IMG/VR virus record: IMGVR_UViG_3300014656_000033
Span: 1 to 58,143 of that record
Length of the DNA stretch: 58,143 nucleotides
Source of the DNA: a virus
Lineage: Duplodnaviria; Caudoviricetes
Reading direction: 5' to 3' (one strand)
The stretch's first letter is position 1. Every line of letters starts with the position of its first letter. Position numbers and translations under genes: made by a program. The notes under the pieces are model-generated. The model was not told the origin of the DNA. It saw only the letters and a list, made by a program, of their open reading frames with translations, and ran no database searches. This document shows positions 36,849 to 46,751 of the stretch, piece after piece.

Positions 36849-37219
36849 TGGTCACACTCCTTTGTTTCTTCTGCTTTTTTTCTAAACCACGCACCGCAAT
36901 TTGATAGTTGCATCCTCGCCGAGCCGAACAGCGGCGACGTGGCAATCCTATTTCCATCGCGCTCATTTCCAAACATCTTAAATAGTTCTCGTATATGCTT
37001 TCTCCTGCGCCATTGCCGTATCTTCATCTTTAATCTTAAATAAAGTTTCGCAATTCCGGCAGGTTTCTTATAAAAGCTCATCGTAATTACTGGAAACGCG
37101 ATCGCTGTCTGCCTTATCGAAAATGCCGTTAGCCGCATCTCTTCGACACCATTAATCTTGACTGCTGTGGCGCGTGGGTCTTCTGTATTAACTATTACCT
37201 CAAATATCATCGGTTTCAT
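36845..37219 (-). CDS. hypothetical protein
   Basis: Coupled overlaps, RBS. Confidence 0.5.
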   Translation of the reverse strand: MKPMIFEVIVNTEDPRATAVKINGVEEMRLTAFSIRQTAIAFPVITMSFYKKPAGIAKLYLRLKMKIRQWRRRKHIRELFKMFGNERDGNRIATSPLFGSARMQLSNCGAWFRKKAEETKECDQ

Positions 37220-37535
37220 CCCCCTTTAATTTTAAATCTGCAACATAGTTTGACACATCCATCAACTGTGTGTCTGTCAGTTTGTTCAAATCCGCAACTG
37301 GCATTTTAAGTGCCACCATTAAATTCAACACCATTGCTTGTCTTGTGCTTTCGGCCAGTATCCCCGGCTTGAAATCATCCGGAACGGGATAGGGGCAGTT
37401 TTCCCTCGAACATATCTTATCCGTATCAATACAACGGTATTGAGATTCAATAACGCTATCGATTTCTATTGATTCACCCATATTAACCTTCTCCGGGCAA
37501 AAATCACTTCTAACGCATACCTTCCAAGTTTTCAT
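37200..37535 (-). CDS. Cys-containing hypothetical protein
   Basis: Coupled to terminase stop. Confidence 0.55.
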   Translation of the reverse strand: MKTWKVCVRSDFCPEKVNMGESIEIDSVIESQYRCIDTDKICSRENCPYPVPDDFKPGILAESTRQAMVLNLMVALKMPVADLNKLTDTQLMDVSNYVADLKLKGDETDDI

Positions 37536-37536
37536 C

Positions 37537-39084
37537 CTACATCCTCCATTGCTCTCGCGGCCTGCCGCCCGCCGCCCAGAGCTTCCCGCGCTGCGGGTTG
37601 ACGATATCGACGCCGAATATTCCCGTCACCATGTAGCGCCATGCGTCCATCGGGTGACTCGACCAATCGTGTTCCGGCTCCGCATCGTCCTTGACGTTGC
37701 CTTGAGAATCGTTTTTGCGGCGATATGATTCTATCGCCTCGACAAAACATGCGGCCTGTTCGCTAACATACACGCGCCCCGCCTTCAAGCGGCGTCGGCA
37801 TGTCCTTATGCCGTCTTCCGTGCCGTAACGCGGCAACGAAAATTGAACTGTTCGGCCCGCTGCCAACGCACAGAACAATGCCTCGTATTCTCGCACCACG
37901 CTATTGCCCTGTGCTATCGGCCTATTTATCCCAGACGGATCAGCGTAATGCTGAATGTCGGCATAGTCGCCACGATAGCCGATTTCGCTTAATAGCCTTT
38001 TCACAACTTCCATATGCTGAAATGGAAGCATTTCGTTGTCGGCATAAGCCCGCAATATATGCTCTTCGTCGCGATTGAACTGACTGATTATGATTGCCGT
38101 GTTGTCCGCCTTGCCAAAATCCCATCCGAAACATAGCGGCAAGTTAGACTCGTAAGGGATGTCCGGCGACACAACAAAATCACCCCGCCATTCCCGATAG
38201 ATTATCCCGGCTATGCTGCCCTCGTAACTTATATCCAGCTCTGAGGCTATTTCGTCGTCGGTCATCGAGGCGGTTTCGCGGTCATACCACGGAGAACGCC
38301 AGCGGCCGTTGTCGTCCTGATAGGCTCCGGCCCCGTAGACGGGATGTTTTCGCCAGTGAATAGACACATGATCCAGCTTTTCGGCTTGTAGGCGTTTGAG
38401 TCGGGCAAACTCATTGTGCTTTCCGTGTGGCGTCGATAGATAGACACCGCCCCGAACAGAACGACTCCATCCAGCCCGTATTGTGCGGGCAAATGGCGTG
38501 AAAGCCATTTCGTCCCAATCTCCAAACAAATAAGCCCCCGAACGTGCCGCGTCACTACTCGCCGCTTCTCCAGAAATAAACGCACCGGGGTTTATTGGTT
38601 CAGCCGTAATCCTTGCATGAGTAAATAATACTCCAGCCTTTTTTTGCATCCATTCCGGCAGTCGTTCTTTCATAAACTTAATGCGCCCAAAAAGGCTTTT
38701 AATAGTTGAGTTTTCACCACCATCGTCAACCTGTTTTAATTTGTGAGATAAGGTCAACGACGAAAACCCCGGCACGAACAACAAACAGTACAGCTTGAAC
38801 GCCTGAGATACCCACGATAGCCCCATCTGTCGGGACTTGTCGACATGTACCATCTTGCGGCCCAGTGCGTCGAATAGAACCTTGATAAAATCCTGTTGAT
38901 AGTCGTACAGCGTAAACGGCACTTCCGGCGGATCGAGATCGGGGTTGAGCGTCTTACAATAAGTGTTGATAAACTCAATACAGGCTTCCGGCGTCCCGGC
39001 GGCGAGGCGGAGCCAAGCGTCGGTGTTGTCTTCGGTTGACATTTCTTGAACCATCGAGCCGAGTTCTTTTGTTAATAACTTCAT
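37537..39084 (-). CDS. terL: terminase large subunit
   Basis: LYDYQ, KSRQMG variant Walker A, DWDE Walker B, STPHG, GWDFG, ADPSG, SHPMDAWRY. Confidence 0.95.
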   Translation of the reverse strand: MKLLTKELGSMVQEMSTEDNTDAWLRLAAGTPEACIEFINTYCKTLNPDLDPPEVPFTLYDYQQDFIKVLFDALGRKMVHVDKSRQMGLSWVSQAFKLYCLLFVPGFSSLTLSHKLKQVDDGGENSTIKSLFGRIKFMKERLPEWMQKKAGVLFTHARITAEPINPGAFISGEAASSDAARSGAYLFGDWDEMAFTPFARTIRAGWSRSVRGGVYLSTPHGKHNEFARLKRLQAEKLDHVSIHWRKHPVYGAGAYQDDNGRWRSPWYDRETASMTDDEIASELDISYEGSIAGIIYREWRGDFVVSPDIPYESNLPLCFGWDFGKADNTAIIISQFNRDEEHILRAYADNEMLPFQHMEVVKRLLSEIGYRGDYADIQHYADPSGINRPIAQGNSVVREYEALFCALAAGRTVQFSLPRYGTEDGIRTCRRRLKAGRVYVSEQAACFVEAIESYRRKNDSQGNVKDDAEPEHDWSSHPMDAWRYMVTGIFGVDIVNPQRGKLWAAGGRPREQWRM

Positions 39085-39683
39085 GTTTCGTTATCTTCGA
39101 GTTGGGCCAGCCGCGCGAATTCGGTAAATAGCTCGGTGTCCTTTTCCCTTAACCTTGCCATCCACGCTTTCCACGCGGCGCGTTCTTCGACCGTGTATGC
39201 CATCTGGCCCACATTGCCGCCGAGATACTTTTCAAGCTGCTTGGTTATCTCGCGGAGTTCCTTGCTAATTCCCTCAAGACTGTTCGGCGGAATGACGGCA
39301 GCCCATTTATCAAGACGCTCGGCCATGCGCTTAAGGGACTCAACATATTTGACAATATCGTCGGTTTGCCCGTCTTCTATTATTTGTTTTGATTTTGTTA
39401 GGACATTGTTATGATGCTGTTCGCGCAGCTCCTTCCACCCCTCTTTTTTTGCTTTTATACAAATATCGGGATAGGCACAGTGAAATTCCTTGCCCAATAT
39501 TCGATAGCTTGGCTTATCATCGCCAGTTATATATCTTAATTTTATATGTTCCCACGGAATACGCTGTTCGGTTTTCTTCTTCTTGGCCCGTTCTTTCTTC
39601 TTCGCGGGGCGTCCACGCTTCTTCTCCGGCGCTTCCGCCTTGTTCGCGGCTTTCTTTCTCGTTTTGGCTTTTTTCGGCGGCAT
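39081..39683 (-). CDS. terS: terminase small subunit
   Basis: Basic N-terminus, HTH (IPWEHIK...AKKEGW), overlaps terL start. Confidence 0.8.
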   Translation of the reverse strand: MPPKKAKTRKKAANKAEAPEKKRGRPAKKKERAKKKKTEQRIPWEHIKLRYITGDDKPSYRILGKEFHCAYPDICIKAKKEGWKELREQHHNNVLTKSKQIIEDGQTDDIVKYVESLKRMAERLDKWAAVIPPNSLEGISKELREITKQLEKYLGGNVGQMAYTVEERAAWKAWMARLREKDTELFTEFARLAQLEDNET

Positions 39684-39895
39684 TATCTTTTCGTATCATC
39701 GAGAGCTTGGTTGATTCGACGCGCTAAAAGTCGGGCAGCCTTTCTACTAAGAGGCTGCGGCTCCGAACCAAGCCACAATACTATTTCTCCGTAATCGTCA
39801 ACGGAAACATAGTAATTAGATTTGATATATTTCGTCGGTCTATATAGCGGCCAAATAGATGAGCGGTATTTTTTATATCGTCCAGTGTTGTCCAT
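39683..39895 (-). CDS. hypothetical protein, paralogue of 40114..40323
   Basis: Shared YKK..WP.YR and ARLLARRINQAL. Confidence 0.75.
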   Translation of the reverse strand: MDNTGRYKKYRSSIWPLYRPTKYIKSNYYVSVDDYGEIVLWLGSEPQPLSRKAARLLARRINQALDDTKR

Positions 39896-40117
39896 TTACA
39901 GCCCCTTCCTTTTCCAATTATACCATCCTGCCGCCGAAATGCAAACCAATACCGCCTCCAGCGTCAGAAGTCCATAGAGTTCTTTCGTGTGCGCTATGTA
40001 GCCCCATAAGATATTTGATATTATAAGCACGATAAAGCCCGTCCGCAATAGCTTCGCGCACATTGCGCCGCCGATAACGACGAGGGCGGCGGCTGTCCAT
40101 TCGATTGCGGCGTTCAT
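39896..40117 (-). CDS. small 3-TM membrane protein (half-size PnuC/semiSWEET-like)
   Basis: IEW, GF..., SNILW, GWYNW pattern. Confidence 0.65.
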   Translation of the reverse strand: MNAAIEWTAAALVVIGGAMCAKLLRTGFIVLIISNILWGYIAHTKELYGLLTLEAVLVCISAAGWYNWKRKGL

Positions 40118-40323
40118 TGCTTGCTTTCCTCCAGAGCCTGATTTATTCTGCGGGCAAGTAGGCGGGCAGTTCCACGTTCTAAGACAATACCGTATCCCGG
40201 CAATAGTTGTTCAATACGGATTTTGCCCGTTTCGTCTATCCCTATATAAATGTTTTGACGCTTATCGCCAAACCTGTAAAACGGCCATGACGTACACGCA
40301 AACTTTTTATACTTGGCGTTCAT
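40114..40323 (-). CDS. hypothetical protein, paralogue of 39683..39895
   Basis: Shared motifs as above. Confidence 0.75.
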   Translation of the reverse strand: MNAKYKKFACTSWPFYRFGDKRQNIYIGIDETGKIRIEQLLPGYGIVLERGTARLLARRINQALEESKQ

Positions 40324-40565
40324 TTCCGCTCCAGCCTGTTCCCCCGGCTTTTCCGCACGGCTTCATAATCGGTAAATCGGAACGGAATTATGCACAAAGC
40401 AAAGCATAAAACCTCACTTTTCACGCGCCTTTTTCTTTGATTTTTTCTTCGCAACCTTTTTGGCGGGCGTTCGCATGAACGCCGATAATGCCTGTTCGGG
40501 TGATAACGGATGTAGGGATATAGGCCCGTCACGGCGAAGTGTGGTTTTCTTTATTGGTTTTTCTT

Positions 40566-41828
40566 TCATTTTAACACCACCTTTTTAAACAACAAATCCT
40601 CCACTTTCACCAGTTCAATATCTATATCCTCGGCGTTTTTGAGCCGCGCCGCTTCCTCAACCGCGCCTTTGCCGAAACTTAACGCCACTATGTAGCCCTT
40701 TTTGTATTTCGCCCGCGTTAAAGCGGCCTTGAAGTTATCAACTACGTTTCGCCCGATGCTTTCGGATTGTTTTACCTGAATCCCCGCCGCTTCACGGAAC
40801 AAATCCTTGTCCATGTAACCATCTATCCCCATGTCCCCGACTTTTCTTTTGCTATGTTTGGCGCTCATTTCTTCGACAACCCAATTCTGAAATTCAAAGG
40901 GCTTCAATGATTTCAGTTCGGTTATTGTTGTCGGAGAACCGATAGATATGTAATCAATGTCTTTTTCTATCCCAGCGGCCTTTAAACGGCGCTCTATGAG
41001 CTTTATGGCGGTAGGCGATATGTCTATGCCGATCCATTCCCGCTTGAGCTTGGCAGCTACTACGCAAGCTGTACCGCATCCGCAAAAGGCGTCGAGAACT
41101 ACATCTTTTTCGCTGCTGCTGGTATTTATAATCCGTATCAAAAGGGTTTCGGGCTTTTGAGTTGGGTATCCCAGTTTTTCTCTTGCCATGGGATTTACAG
41201 GATTTATATCATCCCAAACATTATCAATCAAATCACCCTTTACCTCATCAAGATATATTGTTCGTGTTCCGCCTCTGGTTGGATTCACATCGTCTCTATA
41301 TAATCTTCCGTTTGCATCTTGTTTAAACCGCGCTATATATTTAGCTTTGTGAGGTTTGTATTGAGGTTCAAAAAAACAATCTTTTGTTTTTGTATAAAAA
41401 AAGATCACATCGTTTTTCGTGGGGAATTTTTTAGCGCTTGATCGTTTGAAACCAGATCCGCGACACCATATTATTTCATTCCTGAAATTCTTTGCCCCAA
41501 AAATATCATCCAGCATAATCCTGATATGCGCGTTAGCGTGCCAATCGCAATGCAGATAAAAAGAGCCTGTCGGTTTCAGGGTGTCATACATTGCTTCCAC
41601 TCGTGGCCGTAACCATCCGATATAATGCTCTACCCCACCTTCCCATCTATCCTCAAAACTTCTGACTTCCGCTTCATCGCCCCACACCACTTCATATTGT
41701 TTGTTGGAGAAAAACGGCGGATCGATGTAGATTAAATCCACGCTTTCGGGCGGAATCTTTTTCAGTTCCTCAAGGTTGTCTCCGCATATCAGTTTGTTTG
41801 GGATTCCGTTTTTCATTAGTTCACCCAC
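40566..41828 (-). CDS. beta-class amino-DNA methyltransferase fused to Mrr-like PD-(D/E)xK domain
   Basis: IDPPF, YPTQKP, DAFCGCGT; C-terminal PFEFQ, GDMGIDG, IQVKQ. Confidence 0.9.
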   Translation of the reverse strand: MGELMKNGIPNKLICGDNLEELKKIPPESVDLIYIDPPFFSNKQYEVVWGDEAEVRSFEDRWEGGVEHYIGWLRPRVEAMYDTLKPTGSFYLHCDWHANAHIRIMLDDIFGAKNFRNEIIWCRGSGFKRSSAKKFPTKNDVIFFYTKTKDCFFEPQYKPHKAKYIARFKQDANGRLYRDDVNPTRGGTRTIYLDEVKGDLIDNVWDDINPVNPMAREKLGYPTQKPETLLIRIINTSSSEKDVVLDAFCGCGTACVVAAKLKREWIGIDISPTAIKLIERRLKAAGIEKDIDYISIGSPTTITELKSLKPFEFQNWVVEEMSAKHSKRKVGDMGIDGYMDKDLFREAAGIQVKQSESIGRNVVDNFKAALTRAKYKKGYIVALSFGKGAVEEAARLKNAEDIDIELVKVEDLLFKKVVLK

Positions 41829-41867
41829 CCCATGAGGCTTTTCAACTTCAACTCAAAGGGGGGTAAT

Positions 41868-42089
41868 ATGCCACAAGATGAACGGGTTGAACACATTGCT
41901 TTTGAAATTTCAAAGGTAATACTTGGGAATCCGAACTGTTTCATGTCTGGCGAAACCGCCGAAACTTTGTCGGCAAAAATAAAAGCTGTCATAAATACCA
42001 CGCGCGAAGTAATTAATGGCATTGTTCCAGAAACAATAGCGGGCACATCAACACCTAAGGTTGCTCAAAGGCCAAGACCACCAATTTAG
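41868..42089 (+). CDS. small counter-oriented hypothetical protein
   Basis: AAAGGGGGG RBS before ATG 41868; fills a gap in the minus arm. Confidence 0.45.
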   Translation: MPQDERVEHIAFEISKVILGNPNCFMSGETAETLSAKIKAVINTTREVINGIVPETIAGTSTPKVAQRPRPPI

Positions 42090-42298
42090 TCTTTTTGGGC
42101 CTTGAAATATTTTCGATATATTGTTTCCGCATATTCCCAAAGCTCCTTTGCGTCCGTCGCGCTTTTCATGTACACTGGCATCAAATTCAGGTAGACCGCT
42201 ACAACGCCTTGATATTCAGTGTTTTCTTCCATTCCATCACATCCTTTCCGCCCGCCTCTTTGACGGGCTGCTTTGCTTTGTGCATAATTCCGTTTCAT
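42086..42298 (-). CDS. hypothetical protein
   Basis: GGAGG RBS. Confidence 0.45.
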   Translation of the reverse strand: MKRNYAQSKAARQRGGRKGCDGMEENTEYQGVVAVYLNLMPVYMKSATDAKELWEYAETIYRKYFKAQKD

Positions 42299-42320
42299 TT
42301 AGTTTCCTCCGGCATGTCGG

Positions 42321-42953
42321 TCATTCGGGTTGCTCCTTGAAATCTTTATGCTTTATCTTTGTCATTACGCGCTCACCGTTACGGCATAGAAGTATTGGCG
42401 TGGTTCTCAATACCAATCCCTCTGCTTTGAAGTCTCCCCACTCCGAGTCGAAACCACTTTTAACCATTTCGATAGCCTCGTGAAGCGTGCCAGTTCCAAC
42501 GATGGGAACTCTTTCGAGCTGGAGCTTATCCGCTATCTGGTCAACGCCCTTTCTCTCAAGCCACCATTCATCTATGCGAATATCGAACAGTACGAAATCA
42601 ACGCCATCTGATCTGTAGTTGCCGCCGCCCTTTTGAATCTTCGCACCGTAGCCCTCACCGTATAAAACCATGGGGGTTTCGGGATAATGCTCTACGAATT
42701 TAGAGGGAGGCAGAATCAACTGAAGCCTGTCGTATAAAAAAGCAGGTATCTGTGCGTTGTCGGTTCTGCCAGCAACCCGAACGGTTTCACAATCCCAATA
42801 GATACGAATGTTCGTGCCGTCTACTTTCTCTGTCCATACCCATTGGTTATTTTGAAGATACTCAAACTCTGGCAACGCGAATTTTCCCTCGATAATCCTA
42901 AATGGTTTTTCGCTTTCTCGCTTAAAAACAGTTTGTAATTTTGGATATTTCAT
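42321..42953 (-). CDS. ATP-dependent RNA ligase (Rnl2-like adenylyltransferase domain)
   Basis: EKVDGTN (motif I), YGEGYG, FVLFDI, EGLV, KIK. Confidence 0.88.
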   Translation of the reverse strand: MKYPKLQTVFKRESEKPFRIIEGKFALPEFEYLQNNQWVWTEKVDGTNIRIYWDCETVRVAGRTDNAQIPAFLYDRLQLILPPSKFVEHYPETPMVLYGEGYGAKIQKGGGNYRSDGVDFVLFDIRIDEWWLERKGVDQIADKLQLERVPIVGTGTLHEAIEMVKSGFDSEWGDFKAEGLVLRTTPILLCRNGERVMTKIKHKDFKEQPE

Positions 42954-43150
42954 CCCTCACCATCCTTTCTCGTTTTCAATCTCCGCCAGCCTGTCGAGGA
43001 AGCGCAGGCAGTGGACGATTTTGTAGTCGTTAGATGTAATCAAGCTGTGATGAACAGCCTTGAGTGCAGATGCCTTGTTTTTGTGATCGTGATTGCTAAA
43101 ACACTCTACGCAATGTGGGTGCAATACACATATAGTACAGCTATCCTGGT

Positions 43151-44182
43151 TCATCGTTGTGAGGCAGTGTCGTGCATACAAACAGTATGTACCGCGGAGG
43201 TAAAGATTATCTCACCTTGCATCTTTTCATCCTTGTCGGGCTCTCCTCGCAACTCCGTAACCTTTCCTATGAAGTAGTCATGTTTGGGTTCTTTCTTTGG
43301 TCGTAGATGTTGTCCAATCGCGTCGATAGTAGGAAAGTATTCTTTGGGTACTTTTACACGAGAAGGAACATCTGTAGGAGGTTGTGTTGTTCTTGACCAT
43401 GTGCATGATATATGCAAGCTCGACCTTTCATCTTGAGGTTGCAACTGCTGGAGTGCTTCGCAAAGATTCGAACTTATAACGATTTGATCACCAACCGGTT
43501 TAATCAGTTGGTCTGTCAACTCCGACTTTATTGACTCCACTATATGCCCAACCGACTTCATGAATGTTTTTGTTACATTTCGAGCAAAGGGATCCGGCAT
43601 GTCTTTGTAGAACTCATCGATCTGAGTTTGACCGTTTGTCATCTCCGATATCTTAATGTTCATAGGACAAATGAGAGTCACAGTGTAACTTCCGTACTCG
43701 GTTTGCCCCATTTTACACTGGTTTATAAACTCTTCGGCCTCTGTACGGCTGAGTCTGGGGTGAAACGACTGTGGTTGTATTGCACTGCATGCAGCGGCCA
43801 TTAAACCTTTTCTTCCACCATTAATCAGACCCAAACCAACATCGAGCGGAATGATACCGGTTTCTGTTTCTCTCGTTTCAAGCCGAAATCGTAGCACGTC
43901 ACTTTCCGGAAGCAATAGATCATTAAGGATTTCTTGGCTTGATCGTTCTTCAATCTCAGAAAGCAATGTGATTAACTCTGCCATTCGCAAACTATAATCG
44001 GAGAACTCGGTATCCATTGGAACTATGATTTCACACTTTGTTTTTTCAGGCCTTCGATAGACTGCAATATCTCCCTTAATGTTAGGGACTCTTTCCCATC
44101 CTGTTGAACGTGCATATTTCTGAACATCCATGTACATGAGATGTTGGAGTAGTTCCAGATGTAAACCTTTATATAGCTTCAT
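43151..44182 (-). CDS. bacterial-type hypothetical protein, apparently captured and C-terminally truncated
   Basis: YARSTGW, DYSLRM, GQTEYGSY, SSNLCEAL; lower GC and different codon usage. Confidence 0.7.
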   Translation of the reverse strand: MKLYKGLHLELLQHLMYMDVQKYARSTGWERVPNIKGDIAVYRRPEKTKCEIIVPMDTEFSDYSLRMAELITLLSEIEERSSQEILNDLLLPESDVLRFRLETRETETGIIPLDVGLGLINGGRKGLMAAACSAIQPQSFHPRLSRTEAEEFINQCKMGQTEYGSYTVTLICPMNIKISEMTNGQTQIDEFYKDMPDPFARNVTKTFMKSVGHIVESIKSELTDQLIKPVGDQIVISSNLCEALQQLQPQDERSSLHISCTWSRTTQPPTDVPSRVKVPKEYFPTIDAIGQHLRPKKEPKHDYFIGKVTELRGEPDKDEKMQGEIIFTSAVHTVCMHDTASQR

Positions 44183-44492
44183 AACTGATCTCCTCTTGGT
44201 GGGAAGCCCTAATCATAAGAACCCTTAAGGTATCTGGGGTAAACACATTACAACGATGCACATGAACTGTGTGGGTTGTTTTATTTGTGCTTTCGGGAGC
44301 TCCTCTAAGGCTACACCAATATGCGCAACGTCGGGCTACCAATGCTTCTTCATCCAGTATCGCAAACCATTTTAGATCGTTGTGATTTTGTTCGCCCCAT
44401 TTTACATCTTGTTTAATTCTTTCAATTTCAACACACCTTAGTGGTGAGTGCATCCTTATTGTGGGATCGCCTATCAAGATTTTATCGGTCAT
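44169..44492 (-). pseudogene. MazG-like pyrophosphohydrolase N-terminus, interrupted
   Basis: ERIKQDVKWGEQNH...WFAILDEE then abrupt loss of the motif (no second ExxD helix). Confidence 0.55.
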
Positions 44493-44514
44493 CCCTCACC
44501 ATCCTTTCTCGTTT

Positions 44515-44865
44515 TCAATCTCCACGTTTAAAATACGATTCACACAACCATGTCCAATCCTGATCGTATTTTTCGTCCGTGGTTTCCAATATATATTCTT
44601 GCATAGCGCTCCATAGTTCTTCATAAACAAACCCACTACAGAACATATTATTTCTAACGCTCACACACGAAAGACATGTTTTGAAAACACCTATCTCGCC
44701 ATCCCATTTGCCGAATACATATTCGTATTTCTCGCCCACGTTTATTGTGTCTCGACACTCACAGCACTTGTGTATTTTGCGAGCTTTTACAATCCTAACA
44801 TCGTGAACGCTTGCAGGGCTTTCATCGTAATCTAAATCAATTATACACGCGCATGGATCACTCAT
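44515..44865 (-). CDS. conserved phage Zn-binding protein
   Basis: KARKIHKCCEC..I..GEKY...DG...TCLSC. Confidence 0.75.
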   Translation of the reverse strand: MSDPCACIIDLDYDESPASVHDVRIVKARKIHKCCECRDTINVGEKYEYVFGKWDGEIGVFKTCLSCVSVRNNMFCSGFVYEELWSAMQEYILETTDEKYDQDWTWLCESYFKRGD

Positions 44866-44991
44866 CTTTGCCCCACCCCCCCTTCAGCAAATCCACCAGC
44901 ACGTTCTCGTACTTGCGAACTATCTCGTAGAAGTTACGCTTAGCGATGTCGGGCTTCATTGAGAATCCCCCTTTTCTCTCAATTCAATAAA

Positions 44992-45303
44992 TTAATCCGC
45001 AACCCGTCGCGCTTCTTCGGCAAAATGGTCATACTCCTGAACGCCTCGAAACACATAGTCGCCCGGCGGAAGCGTAATCGGCAGATGTTCCTCGTGTGTA
45101 ATGGTCGCACCGAGAGGGGCTTTTAAGTATCGCGTCCCATCCTCGGTTTGGATTAAAGTCGCATCTTGCCCCTTTACCCTGTGGGCGTGTCCGGTAGCCT
45201 CGCCCTCTGCCACAATTCCATCTGGCTTGACCTCTCCCTGCGGGACACTTTTGCCAAAAGAAAAAACCAGAACGTCCCCCTGCTGGTACCACGAGCTGTC
45301 CAT
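44992..45303 (-). CDS. His-rich partner of DUF6745-type proteins
   Basis: QQGDV, AEGEATGHAH, HEEH, LPPGDY, QEYD. Confidence 0.85.
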   Translation of the reverse strand: MDSSWYQQGDVLVFSFGKSVPQGEVKPDGIVAEGEATGHAHRVKGQDATLIQTEDGTRYLKAPLGATITHEEHLPITLPPGDYVFRGVQEYDHFAEEARRVAD

Positions 45304-45316
45304 TTTTACACACTCC

Positions 45317-46747
45317 TTATGTTAAAATTTTAGGGCTCCCTTTCGTTCCGTTACGAAATATTAACGCTTGTTCTACCGTTGTGCAATCGGGGTGCACACC
45401 TTCAATATGCCACAAATTTACAGACGGGTTTCGCATTTTTAAGTACGGGCGTTTTTGATTATCGCCTGTGTCTAACAACAACAAATCGTAGTGTTCCCGC
45501 GAATCAAGCACTTTCGCGTCAAGTTCGAGACATATCCTTTCAATGCCGACTTTTCTAACAAACTCGCGCCGCGCTTCAGCATTTTTTATCTCGTGTATTT
45601 TTGCTGCCGAGATGTTTTTGTGTGGCGTTTCGGCCAACCACTGTGGAACGACCACGTTATTTAGTTTCCATATAGCAAAACCATCTTTAAAAAGGATGGC
45701 TGGGGCACCTTCGCAATGAACCTGTCCAGTAGTGTTCCGGTGTATGTTAATGGGATTACGACAAACAATGCACAAGCCATTATATTGCAAAGATTCCGAA
45801 ACGCCGGAACGTAGAATTTTTAGCCACATATTAAAATTATCATGCTTTAAAATCCCTATGCGTGAAAAACAATCATAAAATGCCGTCCAGCTATAATCTG
45901 ATAAATTAAAATAAGCCCCCACGGAAGCCTCCACGGAATCCCACACGGAAGCCTCCGCGGAATCCCTCACGGAATCCCTCACGGAAGCCCTCACGGAATC
46001 CCTCACGGAAGCCTCCACGGAATCCCACACGGAAGCCTCCACGGAATCCCACACGGAATCCCTCACGGAAGCCTCCACGGAATCCCTCACGGAATCCCAC
46101 ACGGAAGCCCTCACGGAAGCCCTCACGGAATCCCTCACGGAATCCCTCGCGGAAGCCATCACGGAATCCCACACGGAATCCCTCACGGAAGCCTCCACGG
46201 AATCCCTCACGGAATCCCTCACGGAAGCCTCCACGGAATCCCTCACGGAATCCCTCACGGAAGCCATCACGGAATCCCACACGGAAGCCTCCGCGGAATC
46301 CCCCACGGAAGCCCTCACGGAAGCCATCACGGAATCCCCCACGGAATCCCACACGGAAGCCCTCACGGAATCCCTCACGGAAGCCATCACGGAAGCCTCC
46401 ACTGAAGCCATCACGGAATCCCACACGGAAGCCCTCACGGAATCCCACACGGAATCCCTCACGGAAGCCTCCACTGAAGCCATCACGGAATCCCACACGG
46501 AAGCCCTCACGGAATCCCTCACGGAAGCATTAAGCATTATCTTTGAAATTAAAAATCCAGACAATAGACTATCGGCAACAACTACTTTTGGCTCGGATAA
46601 TCCGCACATACCATATAATTTACAAGCCGCAGTTATCATGCAGTTGTCGCTATGTTTTTCATCGTCCCATACGGCAGCGTTAATCCATTCGTCCCTAACG
46701 ACGGCCATGAGTTTTATTTCTGATTCAGATAGATGTCTCTTTTTCAT
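45317..46747 (-). CDS. DUF6745-like protein with internal SVxD/SVxA tetrapeptide repeats
   Basis: [33 protein letters not shown] motifs. Confidence 0.85.
   Translation of the reverse strand: MKKRHLSESEIKLMAVVRDEWINAAVWDDEKHSDNCMITAACKLYGMCGLSEPKVVVADSLLSGFLISKIMLNASVRDSVRASVWDSVMASVEASVRDSVWDSVRASVWDSVMASVEASVMASVRDSVRASVWDSVGDSVMASVRASVGDSAEASVWDSVMASVRDSVRDSVEASVRDSVRDSVEASVRDSVWDSVMASARDSVRDSVRASVRASVWDSVRDSVEASVRDSVWDSVEASVWDSVEASVRDSVRASVRDSVRDSAEASVWDSVEASVGAYFNLSDYSWTAFYDCFSRIGILKHDNFNMWLKILRSGVSESLQYNGLCIVCRNPINIHRNTTGQVHCEGAPAILFKDGFAIWKLNNVVVPQWLAETPHKNISAAKIHEIKNAEARREFVRKVGIERICLELDAKVLDSREHYDLLLLDTGDNQKRPYLKMRNPSVNLWHIEGVHPDCTTVEQALIFRNGTKGSPKILT
45915..46526. repeat. 12-bp tandem array, about 51 units
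   Basis: Units such as cacggaatccct / cacggaagcctc / cacggaatccca encoding S-V-[RWMEG]-[DA]. Confidence 0.95.
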
Positions 46748-46751
46748 TCAT

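Larger units (their letters stand above)
42950..44523. repeat. 35-bp perfect direct repeats (42950-42984, 44489-44523) flanking a 1.5-kb cassette
   Basis: tcatccctcaccatcctttctcgttttcaatctcc at both positions. Confidence 0.92.

Noticed and set aside
45915-46526. CRISPR array or real GFREG-repeat ORF (45906..46496)
   Set aside because: Units are contiguous 12-mers with no unique spacers; the alternative ORF is a frame shadow of the repeat
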